Shown: positions 42,061-52,223, counted from the stretch's first letter. The stretch is 64,000 bases of DNA from Phormidesmis sp. (GCA_965248535.1 CBDFJR010000002.1:1600001-1664000); one strand, 5' to 3'. Notes: generated by a model from the sequence alone, not told the origin. A program made the numbers and translations.

Positions 42061-42396
42061 AGGGTGAATTCAAAATATAGTGAACCTAGCTTGATCATAG
42101 AGGTCTATTTCTGCTGACAGCCACCGTTATAATGCTGTGTTTCTCAAGGGCGAGTCTGCCTTGAGAAAATAGGCGGGTTAGTTTTGATGAAGTGGCTAAT
42201 TCCTGCGGGGAAGCGTTAACCTAGATAAGAGCCAATCGCGAAGCCTTTTTCCTTCAGAAGCCTGTGCGCCAGTTTCAATGAAGCTTGGAACCTGAGCTAG
42301 CTGGCAGCGCTGTCAAGGTTGAGAGGGGCGATCGTGGCGATGGGATGATCGTTTAGTCATTATCAGTCATTGATAGTTTACGGAGAGGATAGAACT

Positions 42397-42678
42397 GTGT
42401 CTGTTGAAACTATTGAAAAGCGTTCAACATCACGAAAGCTTGCGCCTCGCTATAAGGTTTTACTCCATAACGATGATTACAATTCGATGGAGCATGTGGT
42501 GCAGGTTCTCACAAAAACGGTGCCCAACTTAACCCAGCCCCAAGCAGTCAACATCATGATGGAGGCTCACACCAATGGGCTGGCGTTGGTGATTACGTGT
42601 GAACAAGAACATGCAGAGTTTTACTGCGAGACCTTAAAAGCGAACGGGTTGGAGAGTACGATCGAACCCGACGAATAA
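42397..42678 (+). CDS. clpS: ATP-dependent Clp protease adaptor ClpS
   Basis: MSVETIEKRST (GTG 42397, GAGG RBS), YKVLLHNDDYNSMEHVV, IMMEAH. Confidence 0.95.
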   Translation: MSVETIEKRSTSRKLAPRYKVLLHNDDYNSMEHVVQVLTKTVPNLTQPQAVNIMMEAHTNGLALVITCEQEHAEFYCETLKANGLESTIEPDE

Positions 42679-42688
42679 AACCAAAAAG

Positions 42689-43510
42689 TTGAAACCTAGG
42701 ATTGAACGCCTGTCTACATACCCCGCTCCCCTTCGGATCGGGGCGTTTTTGCTGATGCTCTTGCTGATATCGGCACCTTTTTTAGGACTCATCAATGGGC
42801 TGGTGCGCGATGCGAACACGGCTTCGATCGCAACGATAGTTTTGCTCTATGCAGAATTCATTTTTTTGGTGAGGCTGTGGGGGCGCTACGTTTATCGGCA
42901 ACCGGACTTACTCAAACACTACGGTCTGGTGATCACTCGCCAAAATGGCATTAACGTGCTGACGGGACTGGCGATCGGGCTAACCAGCCTCCTGTTAATG
43001 TTTGCTCTTCAAGGAGCTTTTGGCTGGGTCATCTGGCTGTCTCCTCAGCCGTTTTTGCCTCGCATGATCTTAGAAGGCTCACTGACAGGGCTAGGGTTTG
43101 GCTTTGCTGAAGAGCTTCTGTTTCGGGGCTGGCTGTTGGATGAATTGCAGAGAGACTACGGTCTGCGAAAAGCGATGTGGATAGACGCGATCGTATATGC
43201 TTTGCTGCACGCACCTCGCTCGATCGCACAGGTTCCGGCACTTATTCTTCTGGGTTTAGCATTAGTGCTAGCAAAACGGGCAAGTCAGGGCAGATTAGGA
43301 CTCTCGATCGGGCTACACGGTGGATTGGTTTGGGGTTATTACAGTCTCAACGTGGGGCAGTTGATCAAATACTCCCATCAAGTGCCCGACTGGTTAACGG
43401 GAGTTGGCGGCAACCCGTTAGCCAGCCTGACCGGGATGGTGGCCCTGGGAGCGATCGCAGTCGGAATGAAGGTTGCAGCGTCTCGCTCTACAGCCTTTCT
43501 GAAGCGTTAG
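42689..43510 (+). CDS. CPBP (CAAX/Abi) family intramembrane metalloprotease
   Basis: EELLFRG, YALLH, IGLHGG motifs; multiple TM segments. Confidence 0.9.
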   Translation: MKPRIERLSTYPAPLRIGAFLLMLLLISAPFLGLINGLVRDANTASIATIVLLYAEFIFLVRLWGRYVYRQPDLLKHYGLVITRQNGINVLTGLAIGLTSLLLMFALQGAFGWVIWLSPQPFLPRMILEGSLTGLGFGFAEELLFRGWLLDELQRDYGLRKAMWIDAIVYALLHAPRSIAQVPALILLGLALVLAKRASQGRLGLSIGLHGGLVWGYYSLNVGQLIKYSHQVPDWLTGVGGNPLASLTGMVALGAIAVGMKVAASRSTAFLKR

Positions 43511-44141
43511 GCCCGTCTAAGTGAGTTCCGATCAGACACGCCCCAGCGAGATTTACGCCGTCTAGGTTGGCGTTTTGTAGATCTGCACACAACAGATTTG
43601 CGCCTGCCAAATTTGCGCCTGCTAAGTTTGCGCCTTGCAGGTCGGCTTCTTCTAAATTGGCTTCTGTCAGCAGTGCGCCTTGCAGGTCTGCTTGACTCAA
43701 ATTGGCACCGTGAAGATTTGCGCCACTCAGATTAGCACCCCGCAAGTCGGCACCCCGCAGATCAACTCCTTGAAAGCTAACCCCCATCAAGTTAGCACCA
43801 CTTAAGAAAGCCCCTGTAAGCGCAGCGCGAGTTAACCGAGCGCGCATTAAATTGGCACCCCGCAAGTTGCTGCCGCGCAAGTCTGCTTCGGTCAAGTCAG
43901 CTTGCATCAGGTTTGCACCCGTCAAGTTGGCTCGAAGGTCAGCCCCGACTAGCTGGCTGCCAATCAGGTTGGCTCCGTCTAAAGAGGCCCCGGTGAGTTT
44001 AGCGCCTGTCAGATCAGCCCCCGCCAGTTTAGCCCCCGATAAGTTGACCCCACTCAAATCTATCTGGGATAGATCTTCGTCTTGGAGGTCGGCCCCTGCT
44101 GAATAGTTGTTTTTGCTCGATCGGACTGCTTGAAGATCCAT
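43488..44141 (-). CDS. Pentapeptide repeat protein
   Basis: Continuous A(D/N)Lxx repeats; likely ATG at 44141. Confidence 0.93.
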   Translation of the reverse strand: MDLQAVRSSKNNYSAGADLQDEDLSQIDLSGVNLSGAKLAGADLTGAKLTGASLDGANLIGSQLVGADLRANLTGANLMQADLTEADLRGSNLRGANLMRARLTRAALTGAFLSGANLMGVSFQGVDLRGADLRGANLSGANLHGANLSQADLQGALLTEANLEEADLQGANLAGANLAGANLLCADLQNANLDGVNLAGACLIGTHLDGPNASERL

Positions 44142-44145
44142 AACG

Positions 44146-45603
44146 CTAAACCTGCTTGGTGACCAAATTTGTGATCGGCTGAGATGGCTCAATCAAGTTC
44201 AAAAGATCCTCATCTGAGTGAGAATCGAGCAGCCACATGCCCGCTGCAATCTTGGGAAGATTGATCGACAGGCTCAAGCCTTGCTGCATCCCAGCCGCCA
44301 AAAGTGAAAGGGCATCGACGAGCTTAGGGTCAAACCGATCGTCTTGCTCACCTTGACACGCCTCTAGAGCTTTCATGAAATGGGCTTCAGAATTGGGTTG
44401 AGCATTCGGACTGTTGCGTAAGTCAGCCAGGTGTTGCTGAAACTCAACAACCAAGCCCAAAATTCGCGACTCTAGTGGAATGTCGTCTCCGGCGAGTCCG
44501 GCGGGCTGGCCGCGACCGTCCCAGCGCTCTGACTGGTGAGTGATGATCGTGGCGATCGCTTTGAGTCGCTGCATCGTGCGAAGGATTTGAGCACCGGGCA
44601 CGATCGGGCAGCTAGGCGGTGCGTCGGTTTCGTCGTCAGAATAACGAGCAAAGCTGCTAGCGCTGAGAACGCTGTCCGAGCGCTGCAAAAAGGCGAGTCG
44701 ATGCAGCAAACTGGCAAGACGAAGGCGATTTAGCTGCCAGCTAGGAAGATCTAACAACTGAGCCATCGCTTCTGACAGGGTGGCAACTTCGGCGGCTGCC
44801 ATGGGGTTGCTGATATCGGTTTGGTCGATCAGTTGCGCCAACCGCAAAAATGCCTGCAACTCATTAGAGACTAAATTGTTGTCAAGCGCTTCGTGGCGGT
44901 GAGCAGCCGATGTATATTCTGGCTGCTGGCTGAGATGGGTCTGACCTGTTTGCAGATATTCCATCACTCGCGAGACGGCGGTGTAAACATCATCCCGATC
45001 GGCGCTCTGGGACTCAACTGAGATTGCTTCAACTCTCGCGATTAGCTGCGCTTGCAGATCAGGGTTATAGCGGCCGATGTGAGCGATCGCCAGATCTACC
45101 GTCTCCCGCACGAGACCAGATTCAAATGTCCAAAACCCATAGAACTTGCGCTCTAAATCCTCGGTGGGAACTCCATTTACACCATAATCGGCCACCGATA
45201 GCTCTTGACACAACACCATCGCCGTATAAGTTGGAGCCAAGATCATCAAGTGCCATTCTTGGGCAACGGGGTCGGTCGGCTCAAGCTCAACCAGCGAAAC
45301 ATTAGAACGCTGACTGGTTGGATGCTCGGCAAAGCCCGCATCGTGAGCAGCCATGAGCACAATTTGCCTAGAGTGCTCGGCTAGCTCTGAGTAGCGATCG
45401 GCTTCTTCTAAATACCATTTGCCGCGCTGAAAGGCAGTCACCACCAGAGGAGCACTGCTGCAAGTGAGAATGCAGTCTTCTAGGGCATGGCACAGAGAGA
45501 CTAGCGTATTTTTGTAGTAGACCCCAAAATTGAGAGGGCGTTTGCCAGCGTTTCCGCCCTCATGAGCCACCCCTAACTCATGGAGAATCGAACCTTCTAA
45601 CAT
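44146..45603 (-). CDS. DICT sensor domain + degenerate HD-GYP domain protein
   Basis: YYKNTLVSLCHALED, AFQRGKWY, QEWHL (DICT); HQSERWDGRGQPAGLAGDDIPLESRI, RFDPKLV; HD replaced by HR. Confidence 0.85.
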   Translation of the reverse strand: MLEGSILHELGVAHEGGNAGKRPLNFGVYYKNTLVSLCHALEDCILTCSSAPLVVTAFQRGKWYLEEADRYSELAEHSRQIVLMAAHDAGFAEHPTSQRSNVSLVELEPTDPVAQEWHLMILAPTYTAMVLCQELSVADYGVNGVPTEDLERKFYGFWTFESGLVRETVDLAIAHIGRYNPDLQAQLIARVEAISVESQSADRDDVYTAVSRVMEYLQTGQTHLSQQPEYTSAAHRHEALDNNLVSNELQAFLRLAQLIDQTDISNPMAAAEVATLSEAMAQLLDLPSWQLNRLRLASLLHRLAFLQRSDSVLSASSFARYSDDETDAPPSCPIVPGAQILRTMQRLKAIATIITHQSERWDGRGQPAGLAGDDIPLESRILGLVVEFQQHLADLRNSPNAQPNSEAHFMKALEACQGEQDDRFDPKLVDALSLLAAGMQQGLSLSINLPKIAAGMWLLDSHSDEDLLNLIEPSQPITNLVTKQV

Positions 45604-47183
45604 TACTTTCCTGCTCCAACACCTGCCAACGCTTGCTGTTTAGACTCGATCGGGGCAGAGAGCGCTTCTTCTAGCTCTGCTCGCCCCAGTCTTGACTCTA
45701 GAATGTTCATCACTTCGCGTCCAAAATCGTTGGGGTTGCGCTTCCATGCTTGAAGGCAGACCTCACCAAAGAAGGAGCCAAGGGGTTCAGGGTTCCAAAA
45801 AAGCTTACGGATCGACCAAGGCGTGATGTTCATCGGATCGTAGCCCGGTTTGAGAATATTGTTTTTAAAGGCATATTCTTCGAGATGGGTGTGGGGTTGA
45901 AGCCCGATAAAGAAGATGGCAGGTTCTACTTTGTCTGCGCCAAAAATTTCTTCTAGGGCGCGGTGATAAGCGATCGTCTGCCGAATTGTATCGGGGCGCT
46001 CATCAATCACGTTAAAGGAATAGTTAACGGAAACCAGGGCATCAAATCCGGCAGCTTTTAGGTCTCTACAATTTTCTAAGACAGTTCTCAAGTTGTAGCC
46101 CATTCGCATTTTGCGAACTAGCTCTTGCGACCCGCTCGTGATGCCGATTTCAAAGTAGTTCATCCCTGTCTTGACCATCAGCTCGCACAATTCAGGCGTG
46201 AGATTATCAGCCCGAATATAAGCAGCCCAGTGAATATCTTTCATGCCTGCGTCGAGCACTTTTTGAAGTAGCTCAATCACGTCATCCATATATTTACGAG
46301 CCGGGATGAGTTGAGCGTCGGTGAACCAAAAGTTGCGAATGCCCCGATCGTAGAGTTGCCGCATCTCAGCGACCACCTCATGGGCCGGATTAATCCTCAC
46401 CTGCTTGCCTTCAATCACCGTGTAGATGCAGTAGCAGCAGTTGTGAGGACAGCCCCGCTTAGTCTGAACGCCGACATAAAAATCTTGCGCCTGAAAATAA
46501 TATTCAAACTCACTCCAAATGGTCTGAATGTAATCGTAGTTGCAGGCAGTCTTCTCAATATTGGCGGGCGTTTCGTGAACCAAGCGATCGCGCGGTTTTG
46601 TTTCGCCCACGATATAACAGCGCTCATCTTCAAAGTTTTCGCCTCGAACCAGCTTTTCTAGCAGCGACTCGCCTTCGCCTACCGAGATAATCGATCCTTT
46701 GGGCAAGCTTTTGCCGATCTGCTCATAAAAGACGCTGACCGCACCGCCGCCGACCACAACACGGGCACCAGGGTTGTGCTGCTTGGCTCGATTCACTCCC
46801 CGTTTGATCAGTCCAATATTTCGCCAAAGCTCACCATAATAGCCAGAAGCGATTCGCAACAGACCCACTGCCCCTCTGGCCTTGACGAGAGGATTTAGAG
46901 AATAAAAGAACTCAAACGTGTGCTGTAGGGGGTTTCCGCCTCTCCCATCCACAGGGGCATAAATTTGGATGTCGCGCCATGAAAACACCAGCAACGTGGG
47001 CTTAAATTCGTCAACACAGTCATCTAAAGCGGCGTTGAAATCGAGGGGGGGAACTGTGCCCAAGTCAAAGATTTTTTGCTCAACGTTAGGAAACTGTTTG
47101 TGAATATGATCAGCCAGATAAACCACACCGATCGGAAAGATCGGGTTACAGGGAAGGCGAACGTAAAGAATCCGATTTTCCAT
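45603..47183 (-). CDS. B12-binding radical SAM protein, Slr0320-like (PSII high-light acclimation)
   Basis: RILYVRLPCNPIFPIG, RGCPHNCCYC, FWFTDAQ; probable ATG at 47183. Confidence 0.88.
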   Translation of the reverse strand: MENRILYVRLPCNPIFPIGVVYLADHIHKQFPNVEQKIFDLGTVPPLDFNAALDDCVDEFKPTLLVFSWRDIQIYAPVDGRGGNPLQHTFEFFYSLNPLVKARGAVGLLRIASGYYGELWRNIGLIKRGVNRAKQHNPGARVVVGGGAVSVFYEQIGKSLPKGSIISVGEGESLLEKLVRGENFEDERCYIVGETKPRDRLVHETPANIEKTACNYDYIQTIWSEFEYYFQAQDFYVGVQTKRGCPHNCCYCIYTVIEGKQVRINPAHEVVAEMRQLYDRGIRNFWFTDAQLIPARKYMDDVIELLQKVLDAGMKDIHWAAYIRADNLTPELCELMVKTGMNYFEIGITSGSQELVRKMRMGYNLRTVLENCRDLKAAGFDALVSVNYSFNVIDERPDTIRQTIAYHRALEEIFGADKVEPAIFFIGLQPHTHLEEYAFKNNILKPGYDPMNITPWSIRKLFWNPEPLGSFFGEVCLQAWKRNPNDFGREVMNILESRLGRAELEEALSAPIESKQQALAGVGAGK

Positions 47184-47550
47184 GGCAGTGAGTCTATTCA
47201 ACAGTGGGGTTTAGATAAACAGAGCGATTTAAATGACATCAATAATGATCAGAAAAGTGCGATCCCAGCCTTTCGACTTCTAATTTAGGAGGATTCCCAG
47301 CGCCGTGCCCTCTGTCCAAAATCTTGATCGTGCTCAGATATGTGAGAAGATTCTGAAAACTATTTTCATATAACTTTACGATACCACCGACCCCTGACTT
47401 CTGCATGGTCTGAGGGGCAAGTTCTCAAGATCCTACGATCGCCAAAAGAGCCAAATGAGCACAATCCGCTCCCTGCCTGCGTAAACACTGAGAAATTATT
47501 CTTAACATTGCTCTAGATTAAGAAAGAATTCGCCATGAGGGAGGCAGTTG

Positions 47551-47593
47551 GTAATCGTGCTTACAGTTGTCAGGGATCGCCGGGTGTTAGGGT
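47551..47593 (+). promoter_or_regulatory. NtcA-activated promoter of the DUF1830 gene
   Basis: GTA-ATCGTGCT-TAC (47551-47564), 23-nt spacer, TAGGGT (TAN3T, 47588-47593) preceded by TGn. Confidence 0.7.
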
Positions 47594-47637
47594 TCACTTA
47601 ATAACCATCTTTAAGGTTGGAGCACCTCAATAGACTT

Positions 47638-48009
47638 ATGGCTCAAGTCTTCGATCCCATCCCCTCCAATAGCGGCGATCGCCTTCTCTGTTGCTATGTC
47701 AATGCGACTAATCAGATTCAGATTGCTCGCATCACCAATATTCCTAACTGGTATTTTGAGCGGGTTGTTTTTCCAGGTCAACGCTTGCTGTTTGAGACGC
47801 TCCCTGATGCTCATCTAGAAATTCACACGGGGATGATGGCTAGCGCGATTTTGTCCGACACGATCGCCTGTTCGAGCCTGCTGATCCCCGAAGCATCTGG
47901 CCCAACATCTCCCCTTAAAGAACAGGAAATAGAGCACAGAAATGAAGGCACTGAGAGCGCTGCTCAGGCTGAGATTTCGCCCGCCGCAGTCTTGACTTCT
48001 GTAGATTGA
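47638..48009 (+). CDS. DUF1830 family protein
   Basis: CCYVNAT..IQIARITNIPNWYFERVVFPGQRLLFE; ATG at 47638. Confidence 0.88.
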   Translation: MAQVFDPIPSNSGDRLLCCYVNATNQIQIARITNIPNWYFERVVFPGQRLLFETLPDAHLEIHTGMMASAILSDTIACSSLLIPEASGPTSPLKEQEIEHRNEGTESAAQAEISPAAVLTSVD

Positions 48010-48121
48010 TGAATTGGTTTTAAGCCCAACCTCACCCGCAAGTGCAAAAAATTTTAAGGAAAACCTTTTAGCTCATGGGCATGGCGCTGCCGTGCCCTTA
48101 CACAAATCTGAGGACTGGACT

Positions 48122-48577
48122 TTAAGAATTGGTTGGTTTTTTGAGGCGATCGCGAATCTGCGACAGCAAAGTTTGGCTGCTGATGGGAGCGCGAGGCTGC
48201 GGATTTTCGGTATCCGGCCAGGTCGGCAAATCAAAACAGGGGCAGCTTTCGGGCGGTAGCCCCACCGATCGAGTCGGCACAGGCATGGCACACCGGGCAC
48301 AATCGCTGATTTCCCACTCAGAAGACAGCAACTCAGCGATCGTCTGATCGGTGCCCTCTAAATAACAGTCACCTGACTGAGGCGATCGGAGAATTTGCCA
48401 GCAGTCTTCAAACTCTGAACTGTAGCGATCGCCCGCAATCACAGAGCGGGGCTGTAGAGAGTCTTGCCCGTTGTGAATGAAAACTTTCTTGCCTAGCTGA
48501 AACCAGTAAGCAAGATATTGTCTAACTTGCTGCTCAGACGATGCAGGCTCTAAAGGGTTTAAGGGTTGTGAAGTCAA
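48122..48577 (-). CDS. Conserved cyanobacterial hypothetical protein with CxxC/CxC motifs
   Basis: QVRQYLAYWFQLGKKV, DCYLEGT.QTIAELL, CARC.MP, CPC.DLP.WP; start uncertain. Confidence 0.8.
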   Translation of the reverse strand: MTSQPLNPLEPASSEQQVRQYLAYWFQLGKKVFIHNGQDSLQPRSVIAGDRYSSEFEDCWQILRSPQSGDCYLEGTDQTIAELLSSEWEISDCARCAMPVPTRSVGLPPESCPCFDLPTWPDTENPQPRAPISSQTLLSQIRDRLKKPTNS

Positions 48578-48640
48578 TTTTTTCTTTTTTATAATCCCTA
48601 TTTTACTGCGGGGAAATGATCTCTTTTGTGAATAAAATCT

Positions 48641-49195
48641 TTAGCTGTGATGGGTGATTTTGAGAGGCGATCCTAGCTGGCTCAAATTCAGCACATGGCC
48701 ACCCGTCACCAGATAAACTGGCTCGGCGATCGCGCCCACTTGCCTGACTATCATGCCCAAGCGATCGCGAAAGGTGCGCCCGATCGGGTAGGCAGGCACT
48801 ACGCCCCACCCAGCTTCTTCGGCTACCAAAATCACGTCCGATGAAGTGTGCACAAGGCTTTTCAGAAAGGCTTGCAGGGTTTCTTGCCAGGCTGATTCTT
48901 CTTGTTCTAACAGATTGGCTAGCCAAGTTCCGAGGGAATCGATGAGCAGACAATCGGCCGGAGTCGTCGATCGCAGCGTCGCTGATAGCGCGATCGGAAC
49001 GTGCAGGGTTGTCCACTCAGGGGGGCGACGAAGACAGTGCTGCTCAATGCGGGCTTGCCACTCGCGATCGTCCAGGTTAGTTTGAGCAGTTGCCACATAA
49101 ACAACCGACTTACCCGAGTGAGAAGCTAAATGCTCGGCCCACTCGCTTTTGCCCGATCGGGCCGGGCCAGTGACTAAAATAATTTGGCGTGCCAT
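48641..49195 (-). CDS. cobU: Bifunctional adenosylcobinamide kinase / phosphate guanylyltransferase
   Basis: GPARSGKS P-loop, YVATA, RIEQH..RRP..W, E.GWGVVP, FRDRLG. Confidence 0.94.
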   Translation of the reverse strand: MARQIILVTGPARSGKSEWAEHLASHSGKSVVYVATAQTNLDDREWQARIEQHCLRRPPEWTTLHVPIALSATLRSTTPADCLLIDSLGTWLANLLEQEESAWQETLQAFLKSLVHTSSDVILVAEEAGWGVVPAYPIGRTFRDRLGMIVRQVGAIAEPVYLVTGGHVLNLSQLGSPLKITHHS

Positions 49196-49302
49196 GAGTC
49201 AGATTAGGGATTATGACTTGGGAGAGGTGCACGATCGCCCTCAGTTCACTAGCTTGGGGTTGAGTCAACATCATGCCTTAGAACGTCTTTCTAAAAACTC
49301 TG

Positions 49303-50637
49303 ATGCGCTATTTTTTTTGGTTGCTGCCTCTAGTGGTCACGCTTTCTGCCTGTGATTCTGCGATTCGGGGGCAAACGGCACCTGCACAACCCAGTCCTTT
49401 ACAAGCCTCAATGCCTCGATTGGCCCAAGCCAAACCTGACCAAATAGTGAGCACTCAAACTCTTACCCCCCAGCCGATTCGGATTTCTGTCAATCAACTG
49501 CCGCCACCCTATGCCAGTGAGAGCGCTTCTAAGTCTCCTAGCGTGGTGCCGATTCCTCAAAATCCTGTGCTGCGAGTGCCTGCCGGATTTGTTGTTAACA
49601 TCTTTGCAGACGGGCTAGATCGCCCTCGGTGGTTGGCGTTGACCCCCGATGGAGATGTGCTGGTGACAGAGACGCGCCAAAATCGCATTCGACGACTGCG
49701 CGACACCAACGGCGACGGGGTTGCCGATGTCAAAGAGACCTTTGCTACCGCCACTAACGGACTCAACCAGCCTTTTGGCATGGCCTTTGCAGGAAATTCT
49801 TTCTTTCTAGGCAACACTGATGCTGTGCTGCGGTTTCCTTATCAAAAAGGGCAAGCCCAGATTCAGGGCACGGGGCAAACGATCGCCAAACTTCCAGCCG
49901 ATGGCTATAACAACCACTGGACGCGCAACGTGGTCACTGCCCCAGATGGAAAGAAGCTGTATGTCTCGATCGGGTCAGGCACCAACGCCAGCGAAGAACC
50001 CTCGCCTCGCGCTTCGGTGCAAGTGATGAACTTAGATGGGTCGGGTCGGCAAACCTTCGCCTCTGGGGTTCGCAATCCCGTTGGGCTTGACTTTCAGCCG
50101 CGCACGGGCGAACTTTACGCCACGATTAATGAGCGAGATGGTTTAGGAGATGGCTTGGTGCCAGACTATTTGACGCGGCTACGATCGGGCGAGTTTTATG
50201 GCTGGCCCTATGCTTATTTAAGCCGCGATCGCCTTGATCCCCGCCTCGCCCAAAATGGCAAGAGTCTCCGCCCCGATTTAGTCGCCAAAACTCGCACGCC
50301 AGAGGTGCTGTTTGAGGCGCATTCTGCGGCGCTGGGGCTGCGGTTTTACAATGGCAGCACCTTTCCAGCCAAGTATCGCAACGGCGCTTTTGTGGCCTTT
50401 AGAGGCTCCTGGAACCGCAGCCAAGGCACAGGCTATAAAGTAGTCTTCGTGCCTTTTGACGCGGAGGGACGATCGCAAGGCTATTACGAAGACTTCTTGA
50501 CCGGATTTTTGCTCGATCCATCTGGGCCGACCACTTGGGGCAGACCCGTCGGACTGTTGACTTTGCCGGATGGCAGCCTGCTGATCACCGAAGAAGCCAA
50601 CAATCGGATTTATCGAGTCCAATATACGGGCCCTTAA
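49303..50637 (+). CDS. Sorbosone/PQQ-dependent sugar dehydrogenase-like beta-propeller lipoprotein
   Basis: Lipobox LSAC; HWTRNV, GVRNPVGL, NERDGLG, FYGWPY, RGSWNR, GRPVG. Confidence 0.9.
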   Translation: MRYFFWLLPLVVTLSACDSAIRGQTAPAQPSPLQASMPRLAQAKPDQIVSTQTLTPQPIRISVNQLPPPYASESASKSPSVVPIPQNPVLRVPAGFVVNIFADGLDRPRWLALTPDGDVLVTETRQNRIRRLRDTNGDGVADVKETFATATNGLNQPFGMAFAGNSFFLGNTDAVLRFPYQKGQAQIQGTGQTIAKLPADGYNNHWTRNVVTAPDGKKLYVSIGSGTNASEEPSPRASVQVMNLDGSGRQTFASGVRNPVGLDFQPRTGELYATINERDGLGDGLVPDYLTRLRSGEFYGWPYAYLSRDRLDPRLAQNGKSLRPDLVAKTRTPEVLFEAHSAALGLRFYNGSTFPAKYRNGAFVAFRGSWNRSQGTGYKVVFVPFDAEGRSQGYYEDFLTGFLLDPSGPTTWGRPVGLLTLPDGSLLITEEANNRIYRVQYTGP

Positions 50638-51725
50638 AAGCCGAGGGTTTCGGGGGGCGCGATGCTGACTTTGGCACCCGATGGCCCAGAGGAATGATTC
50701 TGGATTTTGGGTGAGGGAGTGACTTGAGACGAATCAAGATCGATCGCGCTAGGGTTGGTGGGCGGAGTCGCCTGTCGAGAAAGCCAAAACAAGCCGCCCG
50801 CCATCAGCGCTGCATAGCCCACATACAAGTGCACAGGCTGAACGGCCAAACCCCGTAACCCGATCGCTGGAGTCGGTGGGTGATACCAGGTGGGCAAAAT
50901 CGCTTGTCTAGGGTCGGGTTTTGGCAGCGACGCTAACAGGCTAGCGCTGTCCATCTCTAGAACTTTGGCAATGCGTTGGATAAATCCGCGCAGATAAATA
51001 TCTTCGGGCAGGTGAGCGCCATAGCCAGCTTCTAAAGCCTGGATCTGATGCACAGGCACGAGGGTTTTGCTGTGCAGTTCCGACAAGGACATCGATCGGG
51101 CTAGCCGCGCTTGCTGAATTTGCTCACCCAATCGTCGCAGATGGTCGGCGCGCTCTTGAATGGCTTGTTCTGCTAAGTCTGCGGCTGAAAGCTTTTTGGT
51201 TGCCTTGGGGATTGCTCGCTTAATTGCCGATGGCTGGGCAATCTCAACTCCTTGCGGCTCGCTGGGAAGCGCTGGTTTTTGAGAGCGGTCTTGAAAAGAT
51301 TTTCGCCCCGATTTGGTTGGAAACTCTGCCACGTTAGAGGCGTGAGACCCTAGGGCCCGCGAAAAAGCTGCTACTGGAAATTCATCTAGGTCTGATTCTT
51401 GGGGTTCTCTCGCTCCCTTAGTCTCAATTTCTGGCTCACTTTGCTGCACAAAATGCCGCAGGGTGAGGCGAATGGCTTCTCGTCCGATCGCTTTCATTAA
51501 AAACTGAGCGCTCGTCGTTCCCTCGGGTGAGGGCTGCTGTGAATTGTCGATCGCGCGTCGATAGACTTCGCCGCGATATAGCTCTGCCTCAATCTGACTG
51601 AGCAGCGATCGCAGGTTGTCTACCGAAACCTCGATCGTGGCTTTGTGACCCGGTAACCCAAAACAGAATGTGGTGTCTTGTGCCAACATCTCCCCATCCT
51701 CGCCGTTATATAAAACTATTGACAA
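50634..51725 (-). CDS. RodZ-like helix-turn-helix membrane protein
   Basis: LGEQIQQARL..SMSL.EL..KT.V....IQALEAG....LPE.IYLRGFI HTH followed by one TM; start uncertain. Confidence 0.78.
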   Translation of the reverse strand: MSIVLYNGEDGEMLAQDTTFCFGLPGHKATIEVSVDNLRSLLSQIEAELYRGEVYRRAIDNSQQPSPEGTTSAQFLMKAIGREAIRLTLRHFVQQSEPEIETKGAREPQESDLDEFPVAAFSRALGSHASNVAEFPTKSGRKSFQDRSQKPALPSEPQGVEIAQPSAIKRAIPKATKKLSAADLAEQAIQERADHLRRLGEQIQQARLARSMSLSELHSKTLVPVHQIQALEAGYGAHLPEDIYLRGFIQRIAKVLEMDSASLLASLPKPDPRQAILPTWYHPPTPAIGLRGLAVQPVHLYVGYAALMAGGLFWLSRQATPPTNPSAIDLDSSQVTPSPKIQNHSSGPSGAKVSIAPPETLGF

Positions 51726-51841
51726 CCCTATAAGCCGTGACGGTTGCAGCTTAATCAGGCTACTTAAGTCTTGGCTTCTAAGTATTCATAGTTCTTCAAG
51801 AACGAATTAGAAGATCTGGACGATTTGAAATCAAATTTTTC

Positions 51842-52135
51842 TCAAGACGACTGAGCTAATTCGTTGGCTTTGCGGGCCCATTTGACATCTTTGATCGTGA
51901 TGCCGCCGGAATCGTGGGTCGTGAGGTCGATCGTGACCTGATTATAGACATTGAACCATTCAGGGTGATGCCCGATCGCTTCTGACACGAGGGCCAGACT
52001 CGACATAAACCCAAACGCTTCGACAAATGAGGGAAACTTAAACGCTTTGTGCAGTTTATTGTCTGCGATCGTCCAGCCGGGAAGTTGGGCAAGTTGGGCT
52101 GCTAGATCATCAGGGGATAGTTTTGGGTCAGACAT
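51842..52135 (-). CDS. phhB: Pterin-4a-carbinolamine dehydratase
   Basis: HHPEWFNVYNQV.IDLTTHD.GG; ATG 52135 with AGGAG RBS. Confidence 0.93.
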   Translation of the reverse strand: MSDPKLSPDDLAAQLAQLPGWTIADNKLHKAFKFPSFVEAFGFMSSLALVSEAIGHHPEWFNVYNQVTIDLTTHDSGGITIKDVKWARKANELAQSS

Positions 52136-52223
52136 TTTTTCTCCTTGAGAGCGCGAATTAAATTCTAGGGTTGCTGGCAGAAATCCTGGGCACAGCACTG
52201 CTATGCCCGTACTGCAAAGCCCC

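Noticed and set aside
42140..42360. Possible cobalamin riboswitch, SRP, 6S or tRNA gene
   Set aside because: No B12 box, SRP loop motif or cloverleaf could be found
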